Positions 51,701 to 63,008 of a DNA stretch of 64,000 nt are shown piece by piece. This DNA is from Marsupella aquatica (taxonomy: Eukaryota > Plantae > Marchantiophyta). The notes below the pieces were generated by a model that saw only the letters and a program-made list of their open reading frames with translations, made no database searches and was not told the origin of the DNA. The position numbers and the translations under genes were made by a program. How positions within the stretch are numbered: position 1 is the first letter of the stretch; each line of letters starts with the position of its first letter. The stretch spans positions 27,379,561-27,443,560 of the forward strand of contig OZ316891.1 in NCBI GenBank assembly GCA_973895155.1, written 5' to 3'.

Positions 51701-54700
51701 TTAATATCACAACATTGACCTTCTGACATGACAATCTAAATCGTTCTCAATCAGAGTGGACAACTCTTTCCCGATTCTACAGATGATAAATAAGGTATAT
51801 TCATACCCTGTTCCCATTCGCATTTTTGCAGCTTTGTTTTTTTCTCCGAACTCTGTCATTTTTTGATTAAGCTGCAAGCTCGCCTGCGAAGGAAATATCA
51901 TTTGTTAAAATGCAAGTTTCCTGAATTGCTTCGAGCAGAGAAAGATCCAAATCAAAACTTATAACTCGATCAGAAACTTGAATGAAAGACGTAAAGAAGT
52001 TCAATTAACACATACATCTGCAATGTGAAGATCACGTAGTTCTCTCCAAATTGAATCATGCTCTTCCAGAAGAACTTCTTTCCGTTCTGTCTTTCCAGCC
52101 GCTGACGTTGTCTGCATGGCCGACCCCGACCGCACACGCTTGCTTTCAGAATCGACAAGATGACAGTCATGGAACACTTGTTTCCTTTCAATAAATACGG
52201 GGGGTCTCGCTGAGCTTTGCGAAAACGTTCGTGGTAGAATAACAACAATATGAGACATCTGACCAGTATTAGACCTACCTCATAACTGTATTTGGTGCCT
52301 TCCAGTTTGAGTAGATCGTGTATCAAAGCATCATATGTCCAGTCATGTATAACAGGAGCTACCTGAGGAAACCCGACAATTGCAATTCGATTCTATCTTT
52401 AAACTCCGGGCATGTAGAAATTCAGAATTCCTCTCAAGTGAATCTCAAGAAAAGTCAACGATCATAGCGAACGATTTCACAACGTGAATACAAGCGTCGA
52501 ACCATCAAACGTTTTAATTTTTCCCATTTTGGAGGAAAGTGAAGAGTAGTACTGGGTCGACAGCTCGGGTAACAATAATTAGGTCACATGTTTCAGTCTT
52601 CGGAAAATTGGACAGTGACTTGTACTGTAGCAACTGATCCCAAAGTGCTGTTGCTAGTGTCACCGGTGCAAAATCTCGTGCTCTTCCAATAGGATCTGAT
52701 GAAGCTTGAGTTCTGTTGCGGTAACGGATAGCAGGGAACTCCTGTACTCCATACAGAACAAATATCTCAGTGATAGATCATTTGCCACGGATTAGCAACT
52801 ATAGGCATACGCTGATAAAAGTTCTACAACATTTTAGGCATACGAGCTGCTGAGTTGGAATATGTTCGGTAAGTTCTCCCAAGGTAGGGCCGGAAACTAA
52901 ATGCATGGTTCACACAGGTATCAAGAAGTGCAATAATAAAACCTTCAAGGATGCAAATACAGTTGCTAACCGAGAAGCAACAGCATCAATACACGATCTA
53001 TATTCTGGACTGCCTTCAATGCCCCCAACAACTTGCCGCAGTGCTAACTCATGGTCTGTGATGAATCCCTGCCACAGGATAAACGAACCCAACATGATTG
53101 TCCTGACAGACGATAGAATCAAGGAGATTCATCATGGTGTATTGTCTGTACGGTTAATAACTACGAAGACTGACTTACGAAGCCTGGAAAACTCTGGAAG
53201 GCTATCATCAACACCCGAGTGAGAAGAAGTCCCTGCCCGACAGCCAATAAACCAGATAGTCATAAAAGCAAAATTTACAGTCATGTCCTGGGAGGAAATA
53301 CCTGCGTGTCGACTATCCAAAATTCGAGATTCAGCTGCATCCAGCAAGAGACACGAAATGTAATGTGTCACCTGAGCAACAAATGATCTAGAGGTACAGT
53401 TACTAAACCGACAATATTCACATGTTGTACGAAAGGAGACAGGATATTTCACCATTCCAAGACTTGACTGGTCGTTAAGAACTATACCTCTGCAAGAGAA
53501 GCAATATTAGACAATACAGACGGCGAACTCTTAATGAGTTGCAGAAGTTGATTTGGCAGCTGCGTGCTGAAGAAAACATGAGCCCTGTAGACAAGTTGCA
53601 ATCGAAGTCACTAAAGCAACGAAGAAGAAATAGGCCAATTCTTATTTTGCACTGTATAACTTTCAAACAGAACGACTAAAGTCAACCTCTCAACAATTAT
53701 TTCCAGCAACCTGACAGGGGTTAATAGTCTGGTAAATGCTTACTTTTTATAGAGTGGCGGTTTTGCTGCCATGTCCTCCATAAACAATGCGACACTGTAG
53801 GATCAACGGGCTTGTATTAGCATCTAAATTGCCAGAACACAACATGACCCTTGTCATTAAAAATCCGAAAAGGAGATGTATCTTTTCATTGAACGACCTC
53901 GCCTCAGCTTTTCAGCAGAGTTCAAAATTGTCAGGATCTGAGCTTGTTTCTTCTCACAAGATTTCATGGAAAGAAACAGACTAGTAGCCTCGTTTGCTTT
54001 GGGAACTGACTAGAGCCCCAAAATTCGGATGCACCTCCATCAAATCCTCACCTTTCCCTTGTGGGATGGAGAAAATACACTGCCTCCAGAGTGCGCATTG
54101 GTTGCCTTCTTTTGCTAAGATCCTCAACAACTAGAAACAAAGCAATAATTGCAATCAGAATGTCGTCTAGAGTATTGAACCTTTCGTTTCATAAGATTAA
54201 CTTTAAAGTTCAACAAGATCCATTTTAAGCACATTGTGGTGCTGCTTAAACACAATCTTGCATGATTGTGAGTACAGAATTTTTTTGAGCTTTTTTTGAG
54301 CTTCCTTGACTAGACTAATTTTCCAGAAAGAGTTCAGAGTTACTTAGAAGATCTTTGCCAATGAATATACTTCTTTTATCCAGTTGACACCCATATGGAA
54401 CAAAGATATTCTTCCTAGAACCTCCTCCAGAATCTCAAATTCCTCTTCAATTTTCCTCAAGTCCGTAGTGTCACAAGCATCCCTAATTTCACGAGCGTCA
54501 TCGACTCTGTATACATTGAGAGATTCATCCATAACAAAGCGATAGGCTTTGAAGTTTTGGAAAGTGTGGCACTCTTCCTAGTGAGATTTCATGAGCTTCA
54601 CAATAACCAGAGGGATACCTCAACAATATGACAAAAATAATGATGGTCTGGATACAACGTACCTGATATGCCCTCTTCAAATATATCCCCCATCTTACAG

Positions 54701-55902
54701 ATTTTCGAGATCACCTTAATTGTGACGTGATCAAGGATGAGCACCTGCCATTATTGAAACTGTGAGTTCTGGAAATGGGATACCCATACAGTCGAAACTA
54801 ATTTTAAAAAACTGGTGCGCTTCTTCTAGAACAATCCGAAAATCCTTTTAAAATTTGGTTGACATATTTCCTGTTGTTCTGATTCTCAACACAGGGATAA
54901 GAGAACGTAGGGATAAGAGAAAAATGCAAGTAACGTTTAAAAGATAGGCTCAAAGACATGGAGTATCGGTGTCCCTCCTCTTTCAGCCAGAAGAACCATA
55001 ACTTGGATTGGGAGGAGGGGAGGTGTAAACTCATTGCTCCTGAGGACAAATGTGGCAGAGGGAATGGGAAAAGGAAAACTGAACATAGGAATGCTCACCC
55101 TGGCAGGTTCACGACTAAAAGTAAATGTACTATCAGTTGGGTCAATAAATTGAACCGCCTGTTGCTGTTAGGTTCCTTCTAGGGGCCTTTTATTATGACG
55201 AACGATATTGGCGCAGGAGGGAATTAGACATTGATAAGGCTGCAGCCTGTAAAAGTAAAACGCGGAATAATAAATCCAAATGAGAAGCAGACAATACAAT
55301 AGTAGCAAGGGCATTCTCACCTTCCAAGATGACGCATCTTTTCCCTTGGCAGACGCTTCTTTTCCCTTGGCAGAGTGAAGCATTTCTTGGAGAATCCCTG
55401 TAAAACAATATTGGTGATCAACACTTATTTATCAGTCCCAGCAGTCGCAAGCAATTGAACCGCAGAGAGTCCGCTCCACAGATTCCCGTGCCAACGACCA
55501 ACCTTTCACAGGACTTCGCCACTCTCATGTCTCAAAATTGGTTTCAAAAATGCTTCTTATTTGCTCATTTGGTAGCGAGTTGGGTCTGGCACCAAGCTAT
55601 GGGTCTGGCACCAAACCCACCGGTACGAATTCATTTCTCTACGGCATGATTTAAGCAGAATTGAAGACTCGTAAGGTGAGAACTGATTGCACAATTATGT
55701 GTTCCAGTCGCCCTGTCGAGATTCGTTACAAGACCAGGAGGGAATTTGTTCACAAATGACCCCGATAAAACGGGTGCTTCAATCCATTTTCATTCAGTTA
55801 ACCCGGGCACTAACGGGAAGACAAAACGCAAAAAGGCATACAGAATAATCACTTACGGTCACGCGCAATTTGTCTCAAAGAACGCATCTTTCTTGCGTCC
55901 AT
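48787..55902 (-). CDS. SEC1: Sec1/Munc18 (SM) family SNARE regulator, SEC1/KEULE clade, about 21 exons
   Basis: Spliced reconstruction [16 protein letters not shown]|[13 protein letters not shown]|[27 protein letters not shown]|[23 protein letters not shown]|...LYK|AHVFFS...|[11 protein letters not shown]|GFITDH...[12 protein letters not shown]|EFPAIRYR...[14 protein letters not shown]|[18 protein letters not shown]|...[21 protein letters not shown]|...QALPQYH..KLSLHVN|..[10 protein letters not shown]|...WQLSKFAP|..GKLSKTDYP..|[16 protein letters not shown]|LRVAHKLT...[11 protein letters not shown]|[14 protein letters not shown]. The last exon (48831-48787) is less certain. Confidence 0.92.
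54344..54575 (-). mobile_element. Possible decayed Ty1/copia gag fragment in SEC1 intron 3
   Basis: KLQSL / [39 protein letters not shown] loosely resembles the copia gag (UBN2-type) helix pattern; no LTRs or other domains seen. Confidence 0.3.
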
Positions 55903-58900
55903 CTTAGAGCCTCCCCTGCCCACTATCCAGCTTACAGTAGCTCGATTGGCCCGAGGATGTTGGACAATGGTCCCGAATAACTCACTTCGGGGGGACTTCC
56001 GGGAAAATAAGCTACGTCGTGAGCTCTGTGATAACTGTTCTCGTTCGTACGAGAATTCTGGGCAAGCACAACGACTGCGAACTTCTACTGCAATAATGCC
56101 ACAGATCTTCAAGCCCAACTAGTTGTCTAGAGTTAACAGAGATTGTCTTTCATCGAGGAAGCACATTATTTTTCCAATGAAGTCTCCTTTTTCATGAAAC
56201 CTCTATCCGAGAACGCTGTGCCAGGATCAACTCCAGCTTTGCACCTTCGCAATCCGTGAGCGCCTACCTGTCTCTACGCCGTTCTCGGTGCAAGCCTCCG
56301 CTTGTCAAGGCACGCGGCGAGACAAGAGATCTTCAGCTCTGGCACAGACGAATAATCGCGTGCGCTACTGATCTCCTAAGCCGTTCCCCTATTGCGCATC
56401 AATCAATCAATCACCAGGAAACGGGAATCATAACAAACTAAACGATTCAGCCCGCGAGATATTTCAGCATCATCGATTCATCTGCGGTCCGAACCTACTA
56501 CCTATATGACTAGATCTCAGATACACCGAAGGTAACAGAATTCCTCGGCAGCAGGGATTGGCTGTCCCACTACTGTGCACGATACCAACACGTTTACTGC
56601 TGAGCTGCTGCCTGTAGGACCTGCCGCTTCCATGCGCTGAAGGCAATACGCGGATTAAATTAAGATTTCGAGACTTCCTCCTCGAGCTGCAGGCCTGCTG
56701 CTGCTGTATCATCGGAAATCCAGACAGGCTGATCTACAACTGCGGCGCTGGTTTACTCTATGGCAAGTGGGCCTCCGTCCAAATGACAAACGGGGACGAG
56801 GAACTACAATTTGCTAGAGACGGTAGGCTTGCTGGTCAACAGGATGCAACAGGGCGACTCTTTCACAGAACTTTCCTCGATCAATGGAAAAAAGCAATCG
56901 AGACTGGTAGCGGGGAAGCGATTCGTCCTGCGCGTGGCGACTTAGGCGGCAGACCGCACGGCGGCCAGACCGTCCCGGTTAGTCAGATTGTGCGAGAATC
57001 TCAGGTAGATGCGCCACGAATTGGAGTCAGAACTGTCTCTTCCCCAATTGCAGGCTTTCTGCTGGAGTAAATGCCTTCCAGACCTGCGTTTCTCTTTCCC
57101 TCCCTGCATCTCCTCTGATTTTTCAGTAAAGCATTTCCTGTTGCGGAGTACTCCGTCTGGAATTTCCTTTTCTGTTTCTTCACTTCCGTTTGTCATCCCC
57201 GTTCCCGCTCTCCTTACTTCAGGTCGGCTGCATGCCCTCTCTTTCTCTTGACTATGTTCGAGTCCAGTGGACTGTTTGAAACTCTTCAATTCATTTATAT
57301 TCACACGCTGTGTCACTGTTCCTAAATATCCTTGTCGTTGTCGAGGAAACTTTTTGGGTTCCTGCGACGCTGAAACTTGTAGGAACATTGGATCGAACCA
57401 GATCGAAAACACGCTCGTACCTCTTTACCATTCCGTCTACGCGGCTTCCAAATCTTATCTGAGGCTTCGGATCTCATGCGACTTCTGATAACGTATGATC
57501 TGATAGCAGTAGTTTGGAGGTTGTGCAGACGATTGGGGGCAATAATGAATCTACACGTACTCTCTGATATGAAGGCCAAGAATGACGAGTACTCATCGCG
57601 ACCTACACATACGAGTAGGTCGCTCGAAGGTAGGAGCGATGTTAGCCGAGTTGAATACACGATGCACGAATTTTCCTCTGCCTAGAAAGAGAAATTAAAG
57701 CTCATGGACATCTCCATCTCACGCAACTCCTCTCTATGAGCAACTCTCGGATTGCCGCACAGGTGTACTCGATCTACCGTACAGTATTGCTTGATTATCG
57801 GTACGAACTGGTGTTCACCTTTCTACTGACTTCACAAAATGGACTAAAAGGTTTTTGCAAATTCAACAATAGAAATCATGTGACTATGAATTAACTGTGT
57901 AGAAACGTTTGTTGTCCGCAGCAGCTCTGCCAAGGAACAGACAATTGTCTTTTGCACAAACAGTCACTGATGCACTAACATAAACGATTTGCCGTTGACC
58001 CTTATTTGACTAAAGCCAATCAGGTAGCACAGGGCAACATGCTCATGTGATTCTTTCTTGAAAGAACGAAGTTCTGAGCTGCTAAGACTTAACTGTTCAT
58101 AAGATTTCAATTCCACCATACAACCCTACGCGAGACTGTAAAGAGGGGCCACGTCTTAGCTCGAGGCAAACAGCAACTCAATTCGAGTCATTTTGAAAAC
58201 AAAATTGATTCCAGGGATTTTGAAATGTTTTTCTTCTGCTGAAAGGCTTTGCCACATGCACTTGTCAACATAATGTTGGTGTATCACACAACCTGAAATA
58301 TCGCACAGGGTATAAGGTGATTACGCATTAGGCCGTTCCTCATAGAGATACATTCCATGATGGAAAATGTCCAGTTCTCAAGAATTTATCCCCCAGCTGT
58401 GGAGAAGATCATTATTGCAGTCAGCAGCCCCTCACACAGGTCGTCATATGACGGGACATGACCCTCGTTTACAATTTACAATCCTGAGCTATCTATTTCC
58501 TATGATGGGGGTCATTCACAATCTAGAATACCTAACAATTTACAAGGCAGGATGGGATGTAAGCCTTCCATTTTCAATTTGCAATCTACACAATGAAGAA
58601 ACAGAGATTTAGGGTATGTAGTCCTCTGGTCGTTTTTCAAACAGCTTCTTCCCTTTCGCGAATGCACCCACTTCTGCTGCGTACGAGGAAGAAAACTCTC
58701 GTGATGAGATATGACTGGCCCCCGTTCACTATCTGCATTCCTCGATAGCATGAAACAGGATCCTGGGTCGTACCGTATAGACTGATTGTTCAAGGAGTTG
58801 ACGTACAATATCAAACTCCGGACACCAATGTCATTGTAGGTACTGGGAAAAGTGCTTCACACTCTGGTCTTCTGCACCAGCTTTTGACGAGACAGAATGA

Positions 58901-59258
58901 TAAACCCCATTCACTAAACCCACCCTTTAGCAGGACGAAACAGGGATCCAGGGACATAGATTGATTGTCGTTGGGATATTCATTGAACAGTCAAGTTTGA
59001 AGCTCCTAGTTTTATGCTCTGCACCTGCTGCAATGTCATTTGTACATCGGAACCAGTCTTTGACAAACAGAGTGTTGGCCGGCAGATTCTGGAACATACC
59101 CCAGAAACTGGCTCTACATTTTGCAAACCTCAATAATATACTCCCGATCATGGAAAATGACCTCAGTTGACAGTATGCAATCCTTGTCAATTTGCTTCCA
59201 TGATAGAACCCCGGTTTATTATCTGCAATCCCAGGCAGGATGGATCCAAGATCATGTA

Positions 59259-60854
59259 CTAGCAACAGGCAGACTTTTGTTGGTATTCTAATTGTACCGT
59301 CAAGTCCTTAACGCCAATGTCGTTGTAGATGCTATGCACGTGCTTCAAAACCTTCTGTTCATCAGAACCAGCCTTTATCAGGAGAACCAGAGTGCCCACC
59401 ACAGATCCTGGAACAATATCCCAGAAACGAGCCTTGTAGCAGTCAATTACCTCTTCCAGCAACGTTATCTGTCGTTGGCACTTGCTGAACGCAGATTTTG
59501 AAATTCCAGGGGGTGCCATCTGAAGCAGGACTCCTCCTGAAGCTTTGAATAGTGGAATTGTGGTGAGAAAGATTGCCACAGCAACCAGACCTAAGCATAA
59601 TGTCTCCGCATATCTGACCCCAAGAGCAAGAAGCCAAGACGCCAAGACCACTCCTGCACTGCGAATCGAGTCTGATAGGACGTGCAAGCAGATTGACTGG
59701 TTATTCATGTCCTCCGCCTTTCTGTACACAACACGAACACGGGCATAGCTGCGGAAAAACCACACGCCAAGTAGGTTCACCGTGAGGTTTGCTACAGCCG
59801 AAATTATCAGATAGTGCTTGTGTTCTTCCTCATCCTGTACGAATGCATGCAGAGCCTCCACAGCAAGAGAGAAGGACAGAAACAAGAGGAACAAGGCATT
59901 CGTAAATGCCGCCAGTACCTCTAACCTATTGTACCCATAAGTGTACTTAACATCCGGCCTTGATTTTGACGAGATCATCGCGAACAGGGAGAATGTCAGC
60001 ACGCCACAACCGAATGTCAGATGGAATGAATCCGACACCAACCCAATGCGGCCCGTAACGAGACCGATGAGGAACTCTGTGGCAGAGTAAGCAAACGTGA
60101 GCGCAATCACCACTATCAATTTCTTGCTGGCAGGGCTACCGTGTTTCCAAGTCTTCCAAACGCTCGGAGACCCCTCGTACTGACTTTTGGTCTCTAGCAC
60201 TTCGTCATCCGGCTCCGCTCCGGCGCCCACAGGGCTGAAAGCGAAATCATTTCGGTTGCCCTCCTCATTTGGCGACCACCTCCAGTTTTCTCCCTTCTCC
60301 ATGGACAGCAATCTGTTGAGAGTGTGGGGAGCCGAGGCCTCCTTTTGAGAGAGGCTTCGGTTGAATGAAGCCGACGCCTTGAGAGATCCAACCCTGGAGA
60401 AAATGGGGATGGGAGGCTTGTCGTTGGCACGAGGGGATGCCATGATCCGGCTCTGATTCTGATTCTCAGAAGCATAATTTAATGCCGAACTCTGCAAAAG
60501 ACCACCGGCTCTGTAGTCTCTCTCTGCAGTGACGAGGGGGGAGGGGGAGCTGGCCAATCTGGAAAACCTAGACTCACCTGGAAGGCTTGAGTGAGGAGGA
60601 CCACCGGGAGTAGCAGCAGCAGGTGGAGGAGAAGGAGGGGGACCGCCCAGAGGAGAGAGCGGAGTTAGGGCATGACCTTGAGAAAACGAGAAGCTCCGAT
60701 CCGTTTGAAGGCGTGGGAGATGGGAGAAGCGGGGAGATGCAGAAGAGACCTCATCATACTTGGAGTTGTTGTGGTTGTAGTTGGTCGGTCGCGGTGGAGT
60801 GAGGGGCAGTGTTTCGAATGTCGACCCCCCTCCCGAATCCACCGGCATCGACAT
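59259..60854 (-). CDS. MTP5: Cation diffusion facilitator zinc transporter, MTP5/MTPc2-like, intronless CDS
   Basis: Uninterrupted ORF (first ATG 60854, MSMPVDSGGG). CDF motifs YSATEFLIGLVTGRIGLVSDSFHLTFGCG; YTYGYNRLEVLAAFTNALFL; EALHAFVQDEEEHKHYLIISAV; EDMNNQSICLHVLSDSIRSAG; GGVLLQMAPP; ARFWDIVPG; DIGVKDLTVQ match the plant MTP5 clade. Long Pro/Ser-rich N-terminus. Confidence 0.93.
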   Translation of the reverse strand: MSMPVDSGGGSTFETLPLTPPRPTNYNHNNSKYDEVSSASPRFSHLPRLQTDRSFSFSQGHALTPLSPLGGPPPSPPPAAATPGGPPHSSLPGESRFSRLASSPSPLVTAERDYRAGGLLQSSALNYASENQNQSRIMASPRANDKPPIPIFSRVGSLKASASFNRSLSQKEASAPHTLNRLLSMEKGENWRWSPNEEGNRNDFAFSPVGAGAEPDDEVLETKSQYEGSPSVWKTWKHGSPASKKLIVVIALTFAYSATEFLIGLVTGRIGLVSDSFHLTFGCGVLTFSLFAMISSKSRPDVKYTYGYNRLEVLAAFTNALFLLFLSFSLAVEALHAFVQDEEEHKHYLIISAVANLTVNLLGVWFFRSYARVRVVYRKAEDMNNQSICLHVLSDSIRSAGVVLASWLLALGVRYAETLCLGLVAVAIFLTTIPLFKASGGVLLQMAPPGISKSAFSKCQRQITLLEEVIDCYKARFWDIVPGSVVGTLVLLIKAGSDEQKVLKHVHSIYNDIGVKDLTVQLEYQQKSACC

Positions 60855-61112
60855 TCTTCCTTGGGATCTTCGTCCCTGAATCGTACTCCGTGTCCTGCCC
60901 GCCACTCCTGTGCTCTGCTCTCCCGTGCTTGCTCTGCTCTGGAGGCGACAATTTCAGAGAATTTTTGTCAAGATTGCGGATCCAGCCGCAGGAGCGTCCA
61001 CACTTGCAGCTTCAGAAGTGTTTCGATCGCACGTCATTGTGAAATTGTCGCTCGATGCGTGGAAAAATCCACACTTACATTGAATCTTCATGGGTGATAT
61101 TCGCCTCTCCTC

Positions 61113-61238
61113 TGCTCTGCTCTGGTCTTCAGAGCTCGAGTGCTCTGTTCTCCTCTGCTCTAAGACTCCAGAGCTCAGGTGCTCTGTTCTCCTCTGCTCT
61201 GAGACTTCAGAGCTCAGGTGCTCTGTTCTCGAGCTCCA
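61113..61238. repeat. 39-bp tandem repeat, about 3 copies, in the MTP5 5' region
   Basis: agagctc(ga/ag)gtgctctgttctcctctgctct.agact.c recurs at 61131, 61170 and 61209. Confidence 0.9.
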
Positions 61239-62407
61239 GTACTGGACGAGATACTTTGAAAGTGTACAGTGGTCCTCTATTGGACCACCCTGGTTTTTAG
61301 GGTGACTGTCATGGGTCTTGGATGAGATTGGGATGCGACGAGGTAGGAGCGGAGATTTGAACTCGGGTCCCCCCAAGGATGCGCTTGTCTATTTATCTAA
61401 CTAGGGTAGTTATGTGCCATCAAAATATAACACAGTGCCAAAGAACAAAAACACCAAACCCCAAGACCAGATCCAAAAGGCGAAAAATGCAATAAAGGGG
61501 GGAAAGGAAAACAGAAAGTCCTCAAAGGCAACAAAGAGGCCCCACCAGCCCAAGTGGCCAAACAAATGAAAAGAACAACATACTAGTCAACAAAAGAAAA
61601 GACTAAAACCCTACTCAGCTGAAAACTGAAAAGCCCAGTAAAACTCAGGGGGTAACCACAAAGGAGGCTTATGCAGAGGGAGATAGCCTCTAGCCCTGAA
61701 ACACCCTCCACCCTACAAAGAATGGTGAAAGCCTGCCTGGCCCCCCTGAAGAGTCTATTGTTGAGACTGAAGCCTCTATACAATGACATAACTGAATGTA
61801 TAAGTGAAAGTTAAAAAGTGAGGGTGCAGACAGAAAACAAGGATGGGTAAAGATAAACAAGAAACCATGTGGAATCATTTTTTCTACATTTTTTCTACAA
61901 TGCTTTTCTTCCTCCTCATCTCCATGTTTTCCTTTCTAAAAGCTAGTCTATACATTAACTACAGTAGCTATCTGCAGTGAGTAATTGTACATTTAGTTAT
62001 TGTCACGAGAGTAGAGGAGGTATATGCTTGATAGACCCCTAACAAATAGTTTCTTCCCAATTCCACCCCCTTTGACAGTTTTTGGTGAAATGATCTTGTA
62101 TGGGGCATTCTACTGTGTACAATGGCATATGAGAACATGAACCCACTTCCTGGCATAATCGTGTACTGCAGTCTAGATGAGCCAACATCTAGACTTGGGA
62201 GCCAACATCTAGACTTGACCAAACTGTCAACAACAACAAAGGAACTAAAGCTACGCAACAAACTAAAAAGCCTGATAAAATGGCGCCCAAGAGTAAATCT
62301 TATAGAAAAGTCACAAACCCAGTAACGTAACCAAGAGCCTTTTCATAGTGGTGAAAAATCACTAAATTCCACCTCTATGGAAGCCACTTTTGGCAAAACA
62401 CCACCCA

Positions 62408-62746
62408 GAATTTGTCATTATCTTTTCACACCTTTTTAACTAGGTTAACCCCAAAACTGAGCATTATTACAAACCTGACCCCAAAACTATTTTTATTAGT
62501 TTACTGCATCGGGTGGGTGTCCTCAGGCATTGCACCGGTAGGGGCAACCAAAGGGGAGCAGGGTGGGCTATGCTAACCCAGCTGAGTTGATGGAGGACCA
62601 ATCAAGCACTCCCATGGGCGAGAATGCAGGTTACTTAGACTCATATACTATTTGGGGGACAACATAGTAATAAAATAGTTTGTGGGTAAGGTCTATAATA
62701 GCAATCAGTTTGAGGGTCTATTAAAAAGTTGTTAAAGAACAATTCT
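62408..62746. mobile_element. MITE-like element with about 80-90-bp imperfect terminal inverted repeats
   Basis: Left arm agaatt...cacctttttaactaggttaaccccaaaactgagcattattacaaacctgaccccaaaactatttttattagt aligns with the reverse complement of the right arm (agaattgttctttaacaactttttaatagaccctcaaactgattgctattatagaccttacccacaaactattttattactat). No coding capacity inside; no clear target-site duplication. Confidence 0.65.
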
Positions 62747-62750
62747 ACCA

Positions 62751-63008
62751 GATTTGCAAAAGGAGTTCAAGTTGGAGACAGACTTCACTGGGGCAGTGTT
62801 TGAAGGGAAGTTCTACGCGCCAGAGGATTTTAAGGAGTTGGAGTCCATGCCCACGAGAGCAGAGCTCTACTCCAAGCTTCTTGGTGGTCTCCAAGGTCCT
62901 GCAACAAATCTGGTCGGGACTCTACAAGGACCAGCTCGGGAGCTGGTCTTCACTTTAAAGGCGTATGTTGCCAAGCTAGAGGAGGAAGCAGGTCAAGCCC
63001 CTCAATAG
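62751..63008 (+). pseudogene. RPL10: 3' half of nuclear-encoded plastid ribosomal protein L10 (uL10c); 5' half not found in the window
   Basis: DLQKEFKLETDFTGAVFEGKFYAPEDFKELESMPTRAELYSKLLGGLQGPATNLVGTLQGPARELVFTLKAYVAKLEEE* is the characteristic C-terminus of chloroplast L10. No transit peptide or N-terminal domain is visible upstream. Confidence 0.8.

Noticed and set aside
61335-61405. Minus-strand GACCCGAGTTCAAATCTC resembling a tRNA T-arm or Pol III box B
   Set aside because: I cannot build a cloverleaf or a convincing box A; at most a tRNA/SINE relic. tRNAscan-SE would settle it.
61420-61900. Possible LINE 3' remnant (shares catgtggaatcattt with the 34.9-kb remnant)
   Set aside because: Only a short shared word and A-rich composition; no protein motif recoverable, so not called.
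1213-63008. Functional gene cluster linking the neighbouring genes
   Set aside because: CbbY, RPL4, MET1, NAGLU, SEC1 and MTP5 act in unrelated pathways; nothing in the sequence indicates a co-functional cluster.
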